In this document: in pieces, positions 31,353-42,944 of the stretch
Layout of the letters: the number at the start of each line of letters is the position of its first letter
Position numbering within the stretch: position 1 is the stretch's first letter
Assembly: GCA_038213545.1 (NCBI GenBank)
Contig: JBBQSX010000001.1
Location: 21,067 to 85,066, forward strand
Direction: 5' to 3'
Origin: Burkholderiales bacterium
GTDB taxonomy: Bacteria > Pseudomonadota > Gammaproteobacteria > Burkholderiales > Burkholderiaceae_C
Length of the DNA: 64,000 nt
Program-made: the position numbers and the translations under genes
Notes under the pieces: model-generated
Database searches by the model: none
Told to the model about the DNA's origin: nothing
The model's input: the letters and a program-made list of their open reading frames with translations, nothing else

Positions 31353-32246
31353 TTACAGCTGCGCCTTGAGCAGCTTGCCCAGTTCGGATGGATTGCGCGT
31401 GATGATGAAGCCCGACTCTTCCATGATGGCGAGCTTGGCATCGGCCGTGTCGGCACCACCAGAAATCAGCGCGCCGGCGTGGCCCATGCGTTTGCCGGGA
31501 GGGGCGGTCACGCCGGCGATGAAGCCGACGATGGGCTTCTTCATGTTCGCCTTGCACCACATGGCGGCTTCGGCTTCGTCCGGGCCACCGATCTCGCCGA
31601 TCATGATCACGGCGTCGGTGTCGGGATCGTCGTTGAAGGCCTTCATCACATCAATGTGCTTCAGGCCGTTGATGGGGTCACCACCAATACCGACGGCGCT
31701 GGACTGGCCCAGACCCACTTCGGTCAGCATGGCCACAGCTTCGTAGGTCAACGTGCCCGAGCGTGACACCACGCCGATGCGGCCCTTGCGGTGGATGTGG
31801 CCGGGCATGATGCCGATCTTGATCTCCTCGGGCGTGATCAGGCCAGGGCAGTTCGGGCCCAAGAGCAAGGTTTTCTTGCCACCGGCGGCTTCCTTGGCCT
31901 TCATGCGGTTGCGCACTTCCAGCATGTCCTTGACCGGAATGCCTTCGGTGATGCAGATCGCGAGATCCAGGTCGGCTTCAACGGCTTCCCAGATGGCTGC
32001 AGCCGCACCGGCGGGCGGCACGTAGATCACCGAAACGGTGGCGCCGGTCTGCCGGGCGGCTTCCTTGACCGAGGCGTAGATCGGAATGTTGAAAATCGAC
32101 TCGCCGGCTTTCTTCGGGTTCACGCCGGCCACGAATGCATTTTTGCCGTTCGCGTATTCCTGGCACTTCTCGGTGTGGAACTGACCGGTCTTGCCCGTGA
32201 TGCCCTGGGTGATGACCTTGGTGTCTTTGTTGATGTAGATCGACAT
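31353..32246 (-). CDS. sucD: Succinyl-CoA ligase alpha subunit
   Basis: [23 protein letters not shown] and RMGHAGA motifs. Confidence 0.98.
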   Translation of the reverse strand: MSIYINKDTKVITQGITGKTGQFHTEKCQEYANGKNAFVAGVNPKKAGESIFNIPIYASVKEAARQTGATVSVIYVPPAGAAAAIWEAVEADLDLAICITEGIPVKDMLEVRNRMKAKEAAGGKKTLLLGPNCPGLITPEEIKIGIMPGHIHRKGRIGVVSRSGTLTYEAVAMLTEVGLGQSSAVGIGGDPINGLKHIDVMKAFNDDPDTDAVIMIGEIGGPDEAEAAMWCKANMKKPIVGFIAGVTAPPGKRMGHAGALISGGADTADAKLAIMEESGFIITRNPSELGKLLKAQL

Positions 32247-32268
32247 GTGTGTTTCTCCGGGCTGGGGC

Positions 32269-33429
<1,161 letters not shown>

Positions 33430-33619
33430 GAGGGCTCTCTCAGGAATGGGTAGAGGAATCGTCGACCGGTCCGCTTCGGATGGTCGAAAGAGGGGCACTG
33501 AAAAACAGCAACCGACGACTGTATCATGGTGCATTGCACCAAAATCGCGCGCAGCTGACCGCCAGCAAGAGCGATTGTTGAACGTTCTCCTGAACCCTCA
33601 CTGACAAGGCGGACCGGCC

Positions 33620-34531
33620 ATGGCCAAGGTATTCATCGACGGCGAAGCGGGCACCACCGGGCTTCAAATCCGCGAGCGGTTGCAGCGCATGCCCGCCATC
33701 GAGGTGGTGAGCATCGCTCCCGAGCAACGCAAAGATCCGGCCGCCAAACGCGAGCTCATGGCCCAGGTCGATCTCGTCATTTTGTGCCTGCACGACGATG
33801 CGGCGCGAGAGTCGGTTGCCATGATCGATGCGATGGTCAGCCACCAGCCCAAGATCATCGACGCTTCCACGGCGCACCGGACCGCGCCTGGCTGGGTGTT
33901 CGGGTTCCCCGAGCTCGCCGCGAAACAGCGCGAGGCCGTGGCGCACGCAAACCGGGTGGCCAATCCGGGCTGTTACGCCAGCGGCGCCATCGCCCTGCTG
34001 CGCCCCCTGATCGACGCCGGCGTGCTGCCCTCCGATCACCCGGTGTGTCTGCCGGCCGTGAGCGGATATTCGGGAGGTGGGCGGGCGATGATCGAGGCCT
34101 ATGAGAAGGGCGAAGCGCCGGCCTACGAGCTGTACGCGCTGGGTCTGCAGCACAAGCACATTCCTGAAATCATGGCCTACACCGGCCTCACCCGCCGCCC
34201 CATCTTCATGCCGGCCGTGGGCAATTTTGCGCAAGGCATGCTGGTGGAATTGCCGCTGCACCTGGACACCTTGCCCGGTCAACCGACGCTGAGCGACCTG
34301 CACGGGGTCTACGCGACGCACTACGCCGGCAGCGAGTGGGTGAGCACCGAACCGGCCCCCGAAAGCGGGAAGCTCGATGCGCTGGCACTCAACGACACGA
34401 ACAAGCTTGAGATCCGTGTGTTCGGCAATGAGGCCGCACACCAAGCTGTGGTGGTGGCTCGCCTGGACAACCTGGGCAAGGGGGCCAGCGGCGCCGCGGT
34501 GCAGAACCTGAAATTGATGCTCGGGCTTTAA
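33620..34531 (+). CDS. argC: N-acetyl-gamma-glutamyl-phosphate reductase (type 2)
   Basis: [16 protein letters not shown] and DNLGKGASG motifs. Confidence 0.95.
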   Translation: MAKVFIDGEAGTTGLQIRERLQRMPAIEVVSIAPEQRKDPAAKRELMAQVDLVILCLHDDAARESVAMIDAMVSHQPKIIDASTAHRTAPGWVFGFPELAAKQREAVAHANRVANPGCYASGAIALLRPLIDAGVLPSDHPVCLPAVSGYSGGGRAMIEAYEKGEAPAYELYALGLQHKHIPEIMAYTGLTRRPIFMPAVGNFAQGMLVELPLHLDTLPGQPTLSDLHGVYATHYAGSEWVSTEPAPESGKLDALALNDTNKLEIRVFGNEAAHQAVVVARLDNLGKGASGAAVQNLKLMLGL

Positions 34532-34989
34532 AGCCCGGCGTCGTCGTCTTCGGCGCCCTGCACCACGCGCCGGATCGCTTCACCGCCAAAGCCGCGCGAG
34601 GCCAGAAACCGCATCTGCTTGCCTCTCTCGGCCAAGTCAGCGGGTGGTTGGCCGAATTTCTTGCGCCACACCTCGCGTGCACGCGCCACCTCGGTGCCTT
34701 GCAGATCCGCAACCGCTTGCGCCACGGCCTCGGGATTCAGGCCCTTGGCTTGCAATTCCTGGCGCACGCGGGAAGCGCCGAGCTTCACCGAGCGCTGATG
34801 CACCACCGACTCGAGCACACGCTGTTCGTTGATGAAGCCCTTGGCCTCCAGCTCGTCCAGCGCTTTCGCCAGCTCGCCGGGTTCGGTCTCGTGCGCTTTC
34901 AGCTTGCGCTGCAACTCGGCGCGCGAGTGTTCGCGGCCCGAGAGCAGGCGCAGCGCGCGCCCTTTGATGGAAATCTGGTTGAAGCCCAT
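34528..34989 (-). CDS. recX: Recombination regulator RecX
   Basis: [16 protein letters not shown] and RFLASRGF motifs; downstream of recA. Confidence 0.93.
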   Translation of the reverse strand: MGFNQISIKGRALRLLSGREHSRAELQRKLKAHETEPGELAKALDELEAKGFINEQRVLESVVHQRSVKLGASRVRQELQAKGLNPEAVAQAVADLQGTEVARAREVWRKKFGQPPADLAERGKQMRFLASRGFGGEAIRRVVQGAEDDDAGL

Positions 34990-34995
34990 GTCAGG

Positions 34996-35073
34996 ACCTC
35001 CGCCGGGCCGTCCCAAGGAGGGCCAGCGCCCCCTCGGGGGGCAGCGACGACACGAAGTGCGGAACGTGGGGGT
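34996..35073. repeat. Probable dispersed intergenic palindromic (MITE/REP-like) element
   Basis: CCGCCGGGCCG.CCCAAGG...GCGCCCCCTCGGGGGGCAGCG...CGTGGGGG; resembles a repeat I recall from Comamonadaceae genomes; only one copy in this window. Confidence 0.5.
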
Positions 35074-35116
35074 TCATTGCATCACCCGCTCACGGCCCCG
35101 GCCGCGAGCGCCATCC

Positions 35117-36232
35117 TCACTCGGCCAGCGGGGCGGTGTCGGTCGCGGTGGCCTTCGCAGCCTTTGCAACCTTGCCGCCTTTGGCCGGCGCTGGCGTCTC
35201 GTCCACCGGCAGCAGCGGAACGCCCAGCTCGGTGCGCACCTTGTTTTCGATCTCGACGCGCAGTTCGGGGTTCTCGCGCAGGAATTCGCGCGAGTTGTCG
35301 CGGCCCTGTCCGATCTTCTCGCCGTTGTAGGCGTACCAGGCGCCCGATTTTTCGACCACGCGGTGCACGACACCCAGGTCCAGGATCTCGCCTTCGCGGC
35401 TGATGCCTTCGCCGAACAGGATGTCGAACTCGGCTGTCTTGAAGGGCGGTGCGACCTTGTTCTTGACCACCTTGACCTTGGTCTCGTTGCCGATCGCCTC
35501 TTCACCCTTCTTGATCGTGCCGGTGCGGCGGATGTCCAGGCGCACCGAGGCGTAGAACTTCAGCGCGTTACCACCGGTGGTGGTTTCGGGGCTGCCGAAC
35601 ATGACACCGATCTTCATGCGGATCTGGTTGATGAAGATGACCATGCAATTGGTCTTCTTGATGTGCGCGGTGAGTTTGCGCAGCGCCTGGCTCATCAGGC
35701 GGGCCTGCAGACCGGGCAGCGAGTCGCCCATTTCGCCTTCGAGTTCGGCCTTGGGCGTGAGGGCGGCCACCGAGTCCACCACGATCAGATCCACCGCGCC
35801 GGAACGCACCAGGCTGTCGACGATCTCCAGCGCCTGCTCGCCAGTGTCGGGCTGGGAAATCAGCAGGTCCTGCAGGTTCACGCCGAGCTTTTGCGCGTAC
35901 TGGATGTCCAGCGCGTGTTCGGCATCAACAAACGCGCACTGGCCGCCGAGCTTCTGCATTTCGGCGATGACCTGCAGCGTGAGCGTGGTCTTGCCCGAGG
36001 ATTCAGGGCCGTAGATCTCGACCACACGACCGCGCGGCAAGCCGCCGACGCCCAGCGCGATGTCCAGGCCGAGCGACCCGGTGGACACCACCTGGATGTC
36101 TTCGATCACCTCGCCTTCGCCCAGCCGCATGATCGTGCCCTTGCCGAACTGCTTTTCGATCTGGGCCAAGGCAACCTGCAAGGCTTTGGCTTTTTCGCTG
36201 TTGAGGGGATTGGGCTTGACGGCTGCGTCCAT
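35117..36232 (-). CDS. recA: Recombinase A
   Basis: [27 protein letters not shown] and GGNALKFY motifs. Confidence 0.99.
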   Translation of the reverse strand: MDAAVKPNPLNSEKAKALQVALAQIEKQFGKGTIMRLGEGEVIEDIQVVSTGSLGLDIALGVGGLPRGRVVEIYGPESSGKTTLTLQVIAEMQKLGGQCAFVDAEHALDIQYAQKLGVNLQDLLISQPDTGEQALEIVDSLVRSGAVDLIVVDSVAALTPKAELEGEMGDSLPGLQARLMSQALRKLTAHIKKTNCMVIFINQIRMKIGVMFGSPETTTGGNALKFYASVRLDIRRTGTIKKGEEAIGNETKVKVVKNKVAPPFKTAEFDILFGEGISREGEILDLGVVHRVVEKSGAWYAYNGEKIGQGRDNSREFLRENPELRVEIENKVRTELGVPLLPVDETPAPAKGGKVAKAAKATATDTAPLAE

Positions 36233-36287
36233 GGGGGCTCCTGGGCTGGTTGGAAGGGTTGGCAAGACCTGTGTGGTTATGAACAGG

Positions 36288-36303
36288 CTGGATACTTGAA
36301 CAG
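36288..36303. promoter_or_regulatory. LexA (SOS) box upstream of recA
   Basis: CTG-GATACTTGAA-CAG (CTG-N10-CAG; CTGT-N8-CCAG on the minus strand). Confidence 0.75.
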
Positions 36304-36367
36304 CAGTTTACTGCCGGTTTGAAATCAAATCAGTCGTTATTTGGTCAGTTTGCCTTACCATTTGCCG

Positions 36368-36895
36368 ATGGTCGACAACACCCCTGAAACCCCGTCAGAG
36401 CCCGACGACCGCTGGCGCGGCAGCCACCTGGGCAGGCTGATGGGCCTGGCGCTGCGCCGCTTCGACGAGCGCGTGCTCAGCCTGATGGCGCACGACGCGA
36501 ACGTGCCGCTGGCGCTCTCGCACCTGGCGGCGCGCGCGCAGGTGGGCGCGGCGCACATCCACATTACGCGCCACCTCGGCCTGCACGGCTCGCGCCTCAC
36601 CGAGCTGGCGCACCAGGCGGGCATGAGCAAACAGGCCATGGGCGACCTGGTGACGCAGTGCGAGGCCTGGGGACTGGTGCGGCGCGAGCCCGACCCGCGC
36701 GACGCGCGGGCGCGGCGCATCGTCTTCACCGACACCGGTCTGCTCTGGCTGGACGCGTTCCGCTCGGCGGTGGCGCAGGCCGAGACCGAGTTCCGGTCGC
36801 AGGTGGGCGATGCGGTGGCCACGGTGGTGACGCTGGGCCTGGAGGCCTACGGGTCGGAAGCCCCTGGCGCGCGCGCGGCCGTGTCAGCCCGGTGA
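36368..36895 (+). CDS. MarR-family transcriptional regulator
   Basis: LTELAHQAGMSKQAM and PDPRDARARRIVFT winged-helix motifs. Confidence 0.88.
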   Translation: MVDNTPETPSEPDDRWRGSHLGRLMGLALRRFDERVLSLMAHDANVPLALSHLAARAQVGAAHIHITRHLGLHGSRLTELAHQAGMSKQAMGDLVTQCEAWGLVRREPDPRDARARRIVFTDTGLLWLDAFRSAVAQAETEFRSQVGDAVATVVTLGLEAYGSEAPGARAAVSAR

Positions 36896-37019
36896 AACCC
36901 TGCCATTCAGGCGTCTACTGCCCAGGGTATGAGTCCTAAAATGGTTGCGGGTTGAACGGCGCGTTCAACCGCGCCACGGCCCCAAAACAACGCTCCCCGA
37001 ACAGCACAGGAGACTCCCC

Positions 37020-37694
37020 ATGCGCATCCTGATTGCAGAAGACGACCAGGTTCTGGCCGACGGCCTGTTGCGCAGCCTGCGCGCGGCCGGCGCCGCGGTG
37101 GACCATGTGTCCAGCGGCAGCGAGGCCGATGCGGCGCTCATGACCAACAACGAGTTCGACCTGCTGATCCTCGACCTCGGCCTGCCGAAACTGCATGGCC
37201 TGGAGGTGCTCAAGCGGCTGCGCTCGCGGGGCTCCGCGCTGCCCGTGCTGGTGCTCACAGCGGCCGACAGCATCGAGGAGCGTGTCAAGGGCTTGGACTA
37301 TGGCGCCGACGACTACATGGCCAAACCGTTCTCGCTGCAGGAGCTCGAAGCGCGTGTGCGCGCACTGGCCCGTCGCGGCATGGGCGGCAGCACCAACACC
37401 ATCCGCCACGGCCCGCTGGAGTACGACCAGGCCGGCCGCGTGGCCACCATCGACGGCAAGATGGTCGAGCTCTCGGCGCGTGAACTCGGCCTGCTGGAGG
37501 TGCTGCTGCAGCGGGCCGGCAGACTGGTCAGCAAGGACCAGCTGGTGGAGCGGCTGTGTGAGTGGGGCGAGGAAGTGAGCAACAACGCGATCGAGGTCTA
37601 CATCCACCGCCTGCGCAAGAAGATCGAAAAGGGTCCGATCCGCATCGCCACGGTGCGCGGCCTGGGCTACTGCCTTGAAAAAATCGCCAGCTGA
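37020..37694 (+). CDS. OmpR-family response regulator (TctD/QseB-like)
   Basis: IAEDD, LDLGLP, GADDYMAKPF and EVYIHRLRKK motifs. Confidence 0.93.
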   Translation: MRILIAEDDQVLADGLLRSLRAAGAAVDHVSSGSEADAALMTNNEFDLLILDLGLPKLHGLEVLKRLRSRGSALPVLVLTAADSIEERVKGLDYGADDYMAKPFSLQELEARVRALARRGMGGSTNTIRHGPLEYDQAGRVATIDGKMVELSARELGLLEVLLQRAGRLVSKDQLVERLCEWGEEVSNNAIEVYIHRLRKKIEKGPIRIATVRGLGYCLEKIAS

Positions 37695-37746
37695 CGGCAG
37701 GATCTTCAGCGAGCCGCTGCCCCCGGTGGAAGGGCGGTCGGCGCCA

Positions 37747-39189
37747 ATGCCCTTCGGGCTGTTCCAGCGCGAACAACGCAGCCTGTTCGGCGAGATCCTG
37801 GACTGGATGCTCACGCCATTGCTGTTGTTGTGGCCGCTGTCGCTGGTGCTCACCTGGTTCGTGGCGCAGGGCATCGCCAGCAAACCGTTTGACCGTGCAC
37901 TTGAATTCAACCTGCAGGCGCTCACCCAGTTCGTGGTGCGCGAGGACGAGCAGATCACCTTCAAGCTCAACGCACAGGCGCGCGACCTGCTGCGTGCCGA
38001 CGACAGCGACCTCGTGTACTACCAGGTGCTCGATCCACGCGGCACGCTCATCAGTGGCGAGCTGGATTTCCCACCGCCTCGCGACAACGAAGCACCCGAA
38101 CCCGGGCGCGTGCTGCTGCGCGACGATGTGGTGCGCGGCGACGAAGTGCGTGTGGCCTACACCTGGCTGACGCGCCAAGACCCCGAGCGCCTGGTTCTGA
38201 TGCAGGTGGCCGAGACCAAGGGCAAGCGCTCGACACTGGCGGCCGAAATTGTCAAGGGCGTGATGGTGCCGCAGTTCGTGATCCTGCCGCTGGCGGTGCT
38301 GCTGGTGTGGCTGGCGCTGGTGCGGGGCATACGCCCGCTCAACGAACTGGAGCAGCGCATCCGCGCGCGCAAGCCAGACGACCTGAGCCCGATCGAGGAG
38401 TCGTTCATTCCGCAAGAAGTCGCACCGCTGGTGTCGTCCATCAACGACCTGCTCACGCGCCTGAAGACCTCACTCACCACACAGAAACGTTTTCTGGCCG
38501 ACGCCGCGCACCAACTCAAGACGCCGCTGGCCGGCCTGCGCATGCAGGCCGAACTGGCGCAACGCGAAACCGATCCGGTGGAGATCCGTGGGTCATTGCA
38601 GCAGATCGCACGGTCGAGTGCGCGCGCCACGCACACGGTGAACCAGTTGCTGGCACTGGCGCGCGCCGAGACCACCGGCCGCGCGCTGCCGAGTGCACGC
38701 ATCGACCTGGCGCGGCTGGTGCCCGACGTGGTGCAGGACTCGGTACCGCGTGCGCTGGAGGCCGGCATCGACCTCGGCTTTGAAGGACCGGGCGAAACGC
38801 CCGACGATTGCCTGATGGATGGCAACCCGACGCTGCTGCAGGAGATGGTGCGCAACCTCGTGGACAACGCCATCCACTACACCGGGCAGGGCGGCGTGGT
38901 CACGGTGCGCGTGCTGCTCGACCGCTTCAGCGGCGTGCAGATCCTGCAGGTGGAAGACGACGGCCCGGGCATTCCGGAGAACGAGCGGGAGTTCGTGATG
39001 CAGCCGTTTTACCGGGCGCTGGGCACCAACGTCGACGGCTCGGGACTGGGTCTGGCGATCGTGCTGGAGATTGCTCAGCAGCACGGTGCCACGGTGTCGA
39101 TGGAGGACGCGCGCCCGGAGCGCAGCCGTCGCGGCCTGCTGGTGTCGGTGCGGTTCACACCGAACAAGCTCCAAGTCGTGCAGGGATAG
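37747..39189 (+). CDS. Sensor histidine kinase (TctE/QseC-like)
   Basis: Two TM helices; H box DAAHQLKTPL, N box NLVDNA, G boxes DDGPG and GSGLGL. Confidence 0.93.
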   Translation: MPFGLFQREQRSLFGEILDWMLTPLLLLWPLSLVLTWFVAQGIASKPFDRALEFNLQALTQFVVREDEQITFKLNAQARDLLRADDSDLVYYQVLDPRGTLISGELDFPPPRDNEAPEPGRVLLRDDVVRGDEVRVAYTWLTRQDPERLVLMQVAETKGKRSTLAAEIVKGVMVPQFVILPLAVLLVWLALVRGIRPLNELEQRIRARKPDDLSPIEESFIPQEVAPLVSSINDLLTRLKTSLTTQKRFLADAAHQLKTPLAGLRMQAELAQRETDPVEIRGSLQQIARSSARATHTVNQLLALARAETTGRALPSARIDLARLVPDVVQDSVPRALEAGIDLGFEGPGETPDDCLMDGNPTLLQEMVRNLVDNAIHYTGQGGVVTVRVLLDRFSGVQILQVEDDGPGIPENEREFVMQPFYRALGTNVDGSGLGLAIVLEIAQQHGATVSMEDARPERSRRGLLVSVRFTPNKLQVVQG

Positions 39190-39207
39190 CGGTTCGGGAG
39201 GCCAGGC

Positions 39208-39855
39208 TCAGGTCGGCTTGTACACGTTGAGCTGCAGCCGTTCGCGCTCGATCGTGCGGGCCACACCGGGCAATTCGGCGAAGCGCTGCACCAGCGCCCA
39301 GCTGGCCGGGAAGTCGGCCGGGTTGATGCCGGCATGACCGCCCCAGCGCAGCAGCGTGAGCGCGTACGCGTCGAGCGCACCAGGCCTCAGGCCCACCATC
39401 CACGGCGCAGCCTGGGCAGCCATGGTTTCGATCTCACCCAGCAGCTCGCGGTAACGCGCAGCGCCGAATTCGCGAATGGCTTTCTGCGCGGCTTCGTCAT
39501 CGGTGAACTTCTGCGGCATGAACACATGGGTGAACGTGGGGTGCACCGTGTTGTTCATCCAGGCCAGCACCTGCAGCGCGCGCGCACGCTCCAGGCCCGC
39601 TGGCGGCAAGATGCCGGCCAAGGGCAACTTCTCATCCAGGTACAGCAGAATCGCCACGATCTGCGTGATGACCTCGTCGCCGTCGACCAGCACCGGCACC
39701 TGGCCGCGCGGGTTCAGCGCCAGGTAGTCGGGCAAACGCTGCTCACCCTTGTGCAGCTTCACCATCGACGGCTCGAAGGCCACCTCGGCGAGTTCGAGCA
39801 TGGCGTGCGGCACGAAGGAGCAGGCGCCGGGCGCAAAGAAGAGTTTCAGGCTCAT
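39208..39855 (-). CDS. Glutathione S-transferase (beta-class-like)
   Basis: FAPGACS and LNPRGQVPVL motifs. Confidence 0.9.
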   Translation of the reverse strand: MSLKLFFAPGACSFVPHAMLELAEVAFEPSMVKLHKGEQRLPDYLALNPRGQVPVLVDGDEVITQIVAILLYLDEKLPLAGILPPAGLERARALQVLAWMNNTVHPTFTHVFMPQKFTDDEAAQKAIREFGAARYRELLGEIETMAAQAAPWMVGLRPGALDAYALTLLRWGGHAGINPADFPASWALVQRFAELPGVARTIERERLQLNVYKPT

Positions 39856-39868
39856 GAATGTGACTTTC

Positions 39869-42847
39869 TTAGCTCAGGTGCGCGCCAAGAAGGCCCGCGA
39901 TTTCAAACATCGTGACTTGCGGTTTGCCAAACACCGCCGCCAGCTTGGCGTCGGCGTTCACGCGTCGCTTGTCGCCCGCGTCCTGCAGGCCGTTGGCCTT
40001 GATGTAATCCCACAGCTTCTTCACCACCTCGGGGCGCGAGACAGCGCCTTCGCCGATCACCGCGGCCAGCGCAGCGCTGGGTTGTTTGCCGGTGGCGGCG
40101 GTGGTCTTGCGCGGGGCCTTGGCCGCTTTCACAGCGGGCGTTTTCTTCGCTGCGGCCTTCTTGGCAGGTGCGGCTTTTGAGGCCACTTTCGCAGCAGCCT
40201 TCTTCGCAGGCGCACCCTTCGCCGGCGCGCCGGCCGCCGTCTTGCGCGGCGGGAACTTGGACGGCGCGAACTCGAAGTTCACCTTGCCCGCCTCTTTGTC
40301 CCAGGCCAGGAAGGCTTTGAACGCACGGCGCGTGCGCATGGAGACGAACTTGTCGAGCAAATCCGTCTTGCCGGTTTCCAGCAACTTGCTCATCTGCTCG
40401 CGCGCCACCGGCTGCTGCAGGATGATCTTGCCGCTCTTGAAGTCGCAGGTGGGCGTGGGCTGCTGTTCGGTGGGCACCGAGCGGATGCACACGTAGTTGC
40501 TGCCGTGCTCGTGCACCGCACCGCCGCACTTCGGGCAGGCGCCCAGCGTTTCGCTGGCGCTGAAGTCCACCAGCTCGCCGCTCTCTTCGCCCTTCTTGTC
40601 GTCGCCGAAGTCGAATTCGAGTTTCCAGTTCTGGTCGTCCTCGCTGTACTTGAGCACGATCTCGGCCACGAAGGGCCAGCCCGCCTTGGAGCGGAAGCCG
40701 TCGAGCGGGCCGATCTTCTTGTCACGCAGGAGCCGTTCAGACTCGTCGGGCTCGAAGGTGCGGCCCGCCGGCGACTTGCCGAACGAGAAGCCGCAGCCTT
40801 CGCTGCTGCCGTCGGCACCGGTGCAGCCGTAGCGGCGGTAATTTTCTTTCACCACGCCACCGCAGTTGGGGCACGGCGTGGACAGCGTGGCGTAGTTGCC
40901 GGGAATGGTGTCGCGGTCGTACTCCTTGGCCTTCTTCACCATGCGCTCGGTCATCTGCGCAATCTCGGCCATGAAGGCGCTTCGGCTGAGCTGGCCGTGC
41001 TCCATCTGCGCCAGTTTGTATTCCCACTCGCCGGTGAGTTCGGCCTTGGAGAGTTCTTCCACGCCCAGGCCGCGCAGCAGTGTCATGAGCTGGAAGGCCT
41101 TGGCCGTGGGGATGATCTCTCGGCCTTCCCGGAACATGTACTTCTCGGTCAACAAGCCTTCGATGGTGGCTGCGCGCGTGGCGGGCGTGCCCAGGCCTTT
41201 TTCCTGCATGGCTTCGCGCAGCTCGTCGTCGTCGACCAGCTTGCCCGCGCCTTCCATGGCGCCGAGCAACGTGGCTTCCGAATAGCGCGCGGGTGGTTTG
41301 GTTTTCAGGCCTTTGCTTTCCACCGACTCGGTACGCACGGTTTCACCTTCGCGCACCGGCACCAGGTTCTGACCTTTGTCGCCTTCCTTGGCGTCGGTCA
41401 CGTCTTCGGCCGCTTCCTTGCCGTACACCGCCATCCAGCCCGGCTTCACGAGCACCTTGCCTTCGGTCTTGAAATGGTGACCCACCGACGAGGTGATGCG
41501 GGTGGTGACCATGAACTCGGCGCTGGGGAAAAACACCGCGAGGAAACGGCGCACCACGAGGTCGTACAGCTTCTGCTCCGCGTCGCTCAGGCCACTGGGT
41601 GCCTGCAGCGTGGGGATGATGGCGAAGTGGTCCGACACCTTGCTGTTGTCAAAGATGCGCTTGCTCGGGCGGATGTAGCCGTTGTTGAGCGCGGTGAGCG
41701 CATGCGGCGCCAAGTGCTTCATGCCGCTGTCGGCCAGCATCTCGAAGGTCTGCTTCACCGTGGGCAGGTAGTCCTCGGGCAGGGCGCGCGAGTCGGTACG
41801 CGGGTAGGTCAGGGCCTTGTGGCGCTCGTACAGGCTTTGCGCGAGCTGCAGCGTGGTCTTGGCCGAGAAACCGAAGCGGCCGTTGGCCTCGCGCTGCAGG
41901 CTGGTCAGGTCGTACAGCAGGCCGCTGGCCTGTGTGGTGGGTTTGCTCTCTTCCTTCACGCTGGCGGCCTTGCCACGCACCGCCTCGGCAATGGCCAAGG
42001 CTTCGCGCTGGCTCCACACGCGGTCGGCTCGCTGCTCCAGGTCGGCGTCTTCACCGGTGGGTTTCTTGAACGCGGGATCGAACCACTTGCCCGGGTATTC
42101 GCCGGCCTCGGCCAGAAAGCTCGCGTGGATTTCCCAGTAGTCGCGGCTGCGGTGGGCGCGGATCTTTTCTTCGCGCTCGACCACGATGGACAGCGTGGGC
42201 GTCTGCACCCGGCCGACGGTGGTGAGGAAGAAGCCGCCGTCGCGCGAGTTGAACGCGGTCATGGCGCGCGTGCCGTTGATGCCGACCATCCAGTCGGCCT
42301 CGGACCGGCTGCGCGCGGCGTCGGCCAGCCCCTGCATCTGCTCGTTGGTGCGCAGGTGCTCGAATCCGTCGCGAATGGCCGCAGGCGTCATGGACTGCAG
42401 CCACAGGCGCTTCACCGGCTTGCCCAGCGTCTGGTAGCTGCCGCTCTTCAAACCCCCGGCGTACTGCTCGATCAGGCGAAAGATCAGCTCACCCTCGCGG
42501 CCCGCGTCGCAGGCGTTGATGAGCCGGGCCACGTCCTTGCGTTTGGCCAGCTTGACCACGGCGGACAGGCGCGACTTGGTCTTGTCGATCGGCTTGAGTT
42601 CAAAGTAGGGGGGGAGCACCGGCAGGTGGGCGAAGCTCCACTTGCCGCGCTTGACGTCGAATTCTTCGGGCGCGGCGATCTCGACCAGATGACCGACAGC
42701 GGAGGTGACCACGTACTGGTCGTTCTCGAAGTGGTCATCGTGCTTCTCGAACTTGCCCGCCACCGGGGTGAGCGCACGCACGATGTCCTGGGCCACGGAC
42801 GGCTTCTCGGCAATGACCAGCGTTTTGGCTGAACCTTCAGTTTTCAT
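39869..42847 (-). CDS. topB: DNA topoisomerase III with a Lys/Ala-rich linker and C-terminal SWIB/MDM2 domain
   Basis: AEKPS, DAGREGE, GRVQTP, catalytic TYPRTDS, GLGTPATRA; C-terminal SRPEVVKKLWDYIKANGLQD SWIB signature. Confidence 0.92.
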   Translation of the reverse strand: MKTEGSAKTLVIAEKPSVAQDIVRALTPVAGKFEKHDDHFENDQYVVTSAVGHLVEIAAPEEFDVKRGKWSFAHLPVLPPYFELKPIDKTKSRLSAVVKLAKRKDVARLINACDAGREGELIFRLIEQYAGGLKSGSYQTLGKPVKRLWLQSMTPAAIRDGFEHLRTNEQMQGLADAARSRSEADWMVGINGTRAMTAFNSRDGGFFLTTVGRVQTPTLSIVVEREEKIRAHRSRDYWEIHASFLAEAGEYPGKWFDPAFKKPTGEDADLEQRADRVWSQREALAIAEAVRGKAASVKEESKPTTQASGLLYDLTSLQREANGRFGFSAKTTLQLAQSLYERHKALTYPRTDSRALPEDYLPTVKQTFEMLADSGMKHLAPHALTALNNGYIRPSKRIFDNSKVSDHFAIIPTLQAPSGLSDAEQKLYDLVVRRFLAVFFPSAEFMVTTRITSSVGHHFKTEGKVLVKPGWMAVYGKEAAEDVTDAKEGDKGQNLVPVREGETVRTESVESKGLKTKPPARYSEATLLGAMEGAGKLVDDDELREAMQEKGLGTPATRAATIEGLLTEKYMFREGREIIPTAKAFQLMTLLRGLGVEELSKAELTGEWEYKLAQMEHGQLSRSAFMAEIAQMTERMVKKAKEYDRDTIPGNYATLSTPCPNCGGVVKENYRRYGCTGADGSSEGCGFSFGKSPAGRTFEPDESERLLRDKKIGPLDGFRSKAGWPFVAEIVLKYSEDDQNWKLEFDFGDDKKGEESGELVDFSASETLGACPKCGGAVHEHGSNYVCIRSVPTEQQPTPTCDFKSGKIILQQPVAREQMSKLLETGKTDLLDKFVSMRTRRAFKAFLAWDKEAGKVNFEFAPSKFPPRKTAAGAPAKGAPAKKAAAKVASKAAPAKKAAAKKTPAVKAAKAPRKTTAATGKQPSAALAAVIGEGAVSRPEVVKKLWDYIKANGLQDAGDKRRVNADAKLAAVFGKPQVTMFEIAGLLGAHLS

Positions 42848-42864
42848 CTCTACAATCAACTTTC

Positions 42865-42911
42865 CACGCGCGTGTACACGCGCACATGGGCACGCGCACA
42901 CTCGCGCGCAC
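42865..42911. other. Alternating purine-pyrimidine tract containing a 16-bp perfect palindrome
   Basis: CACGCGCGTGTACACGCGCACATG (24 nt strictly alternating), then runs of 12 and 9 nt; GCGCGTGTACACGCGC at 42868-42883. Confidence 0.75.
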
Positions 42912-42944
42912 CTGCATGAAACAACCTTACCAAATAAACCGGCC

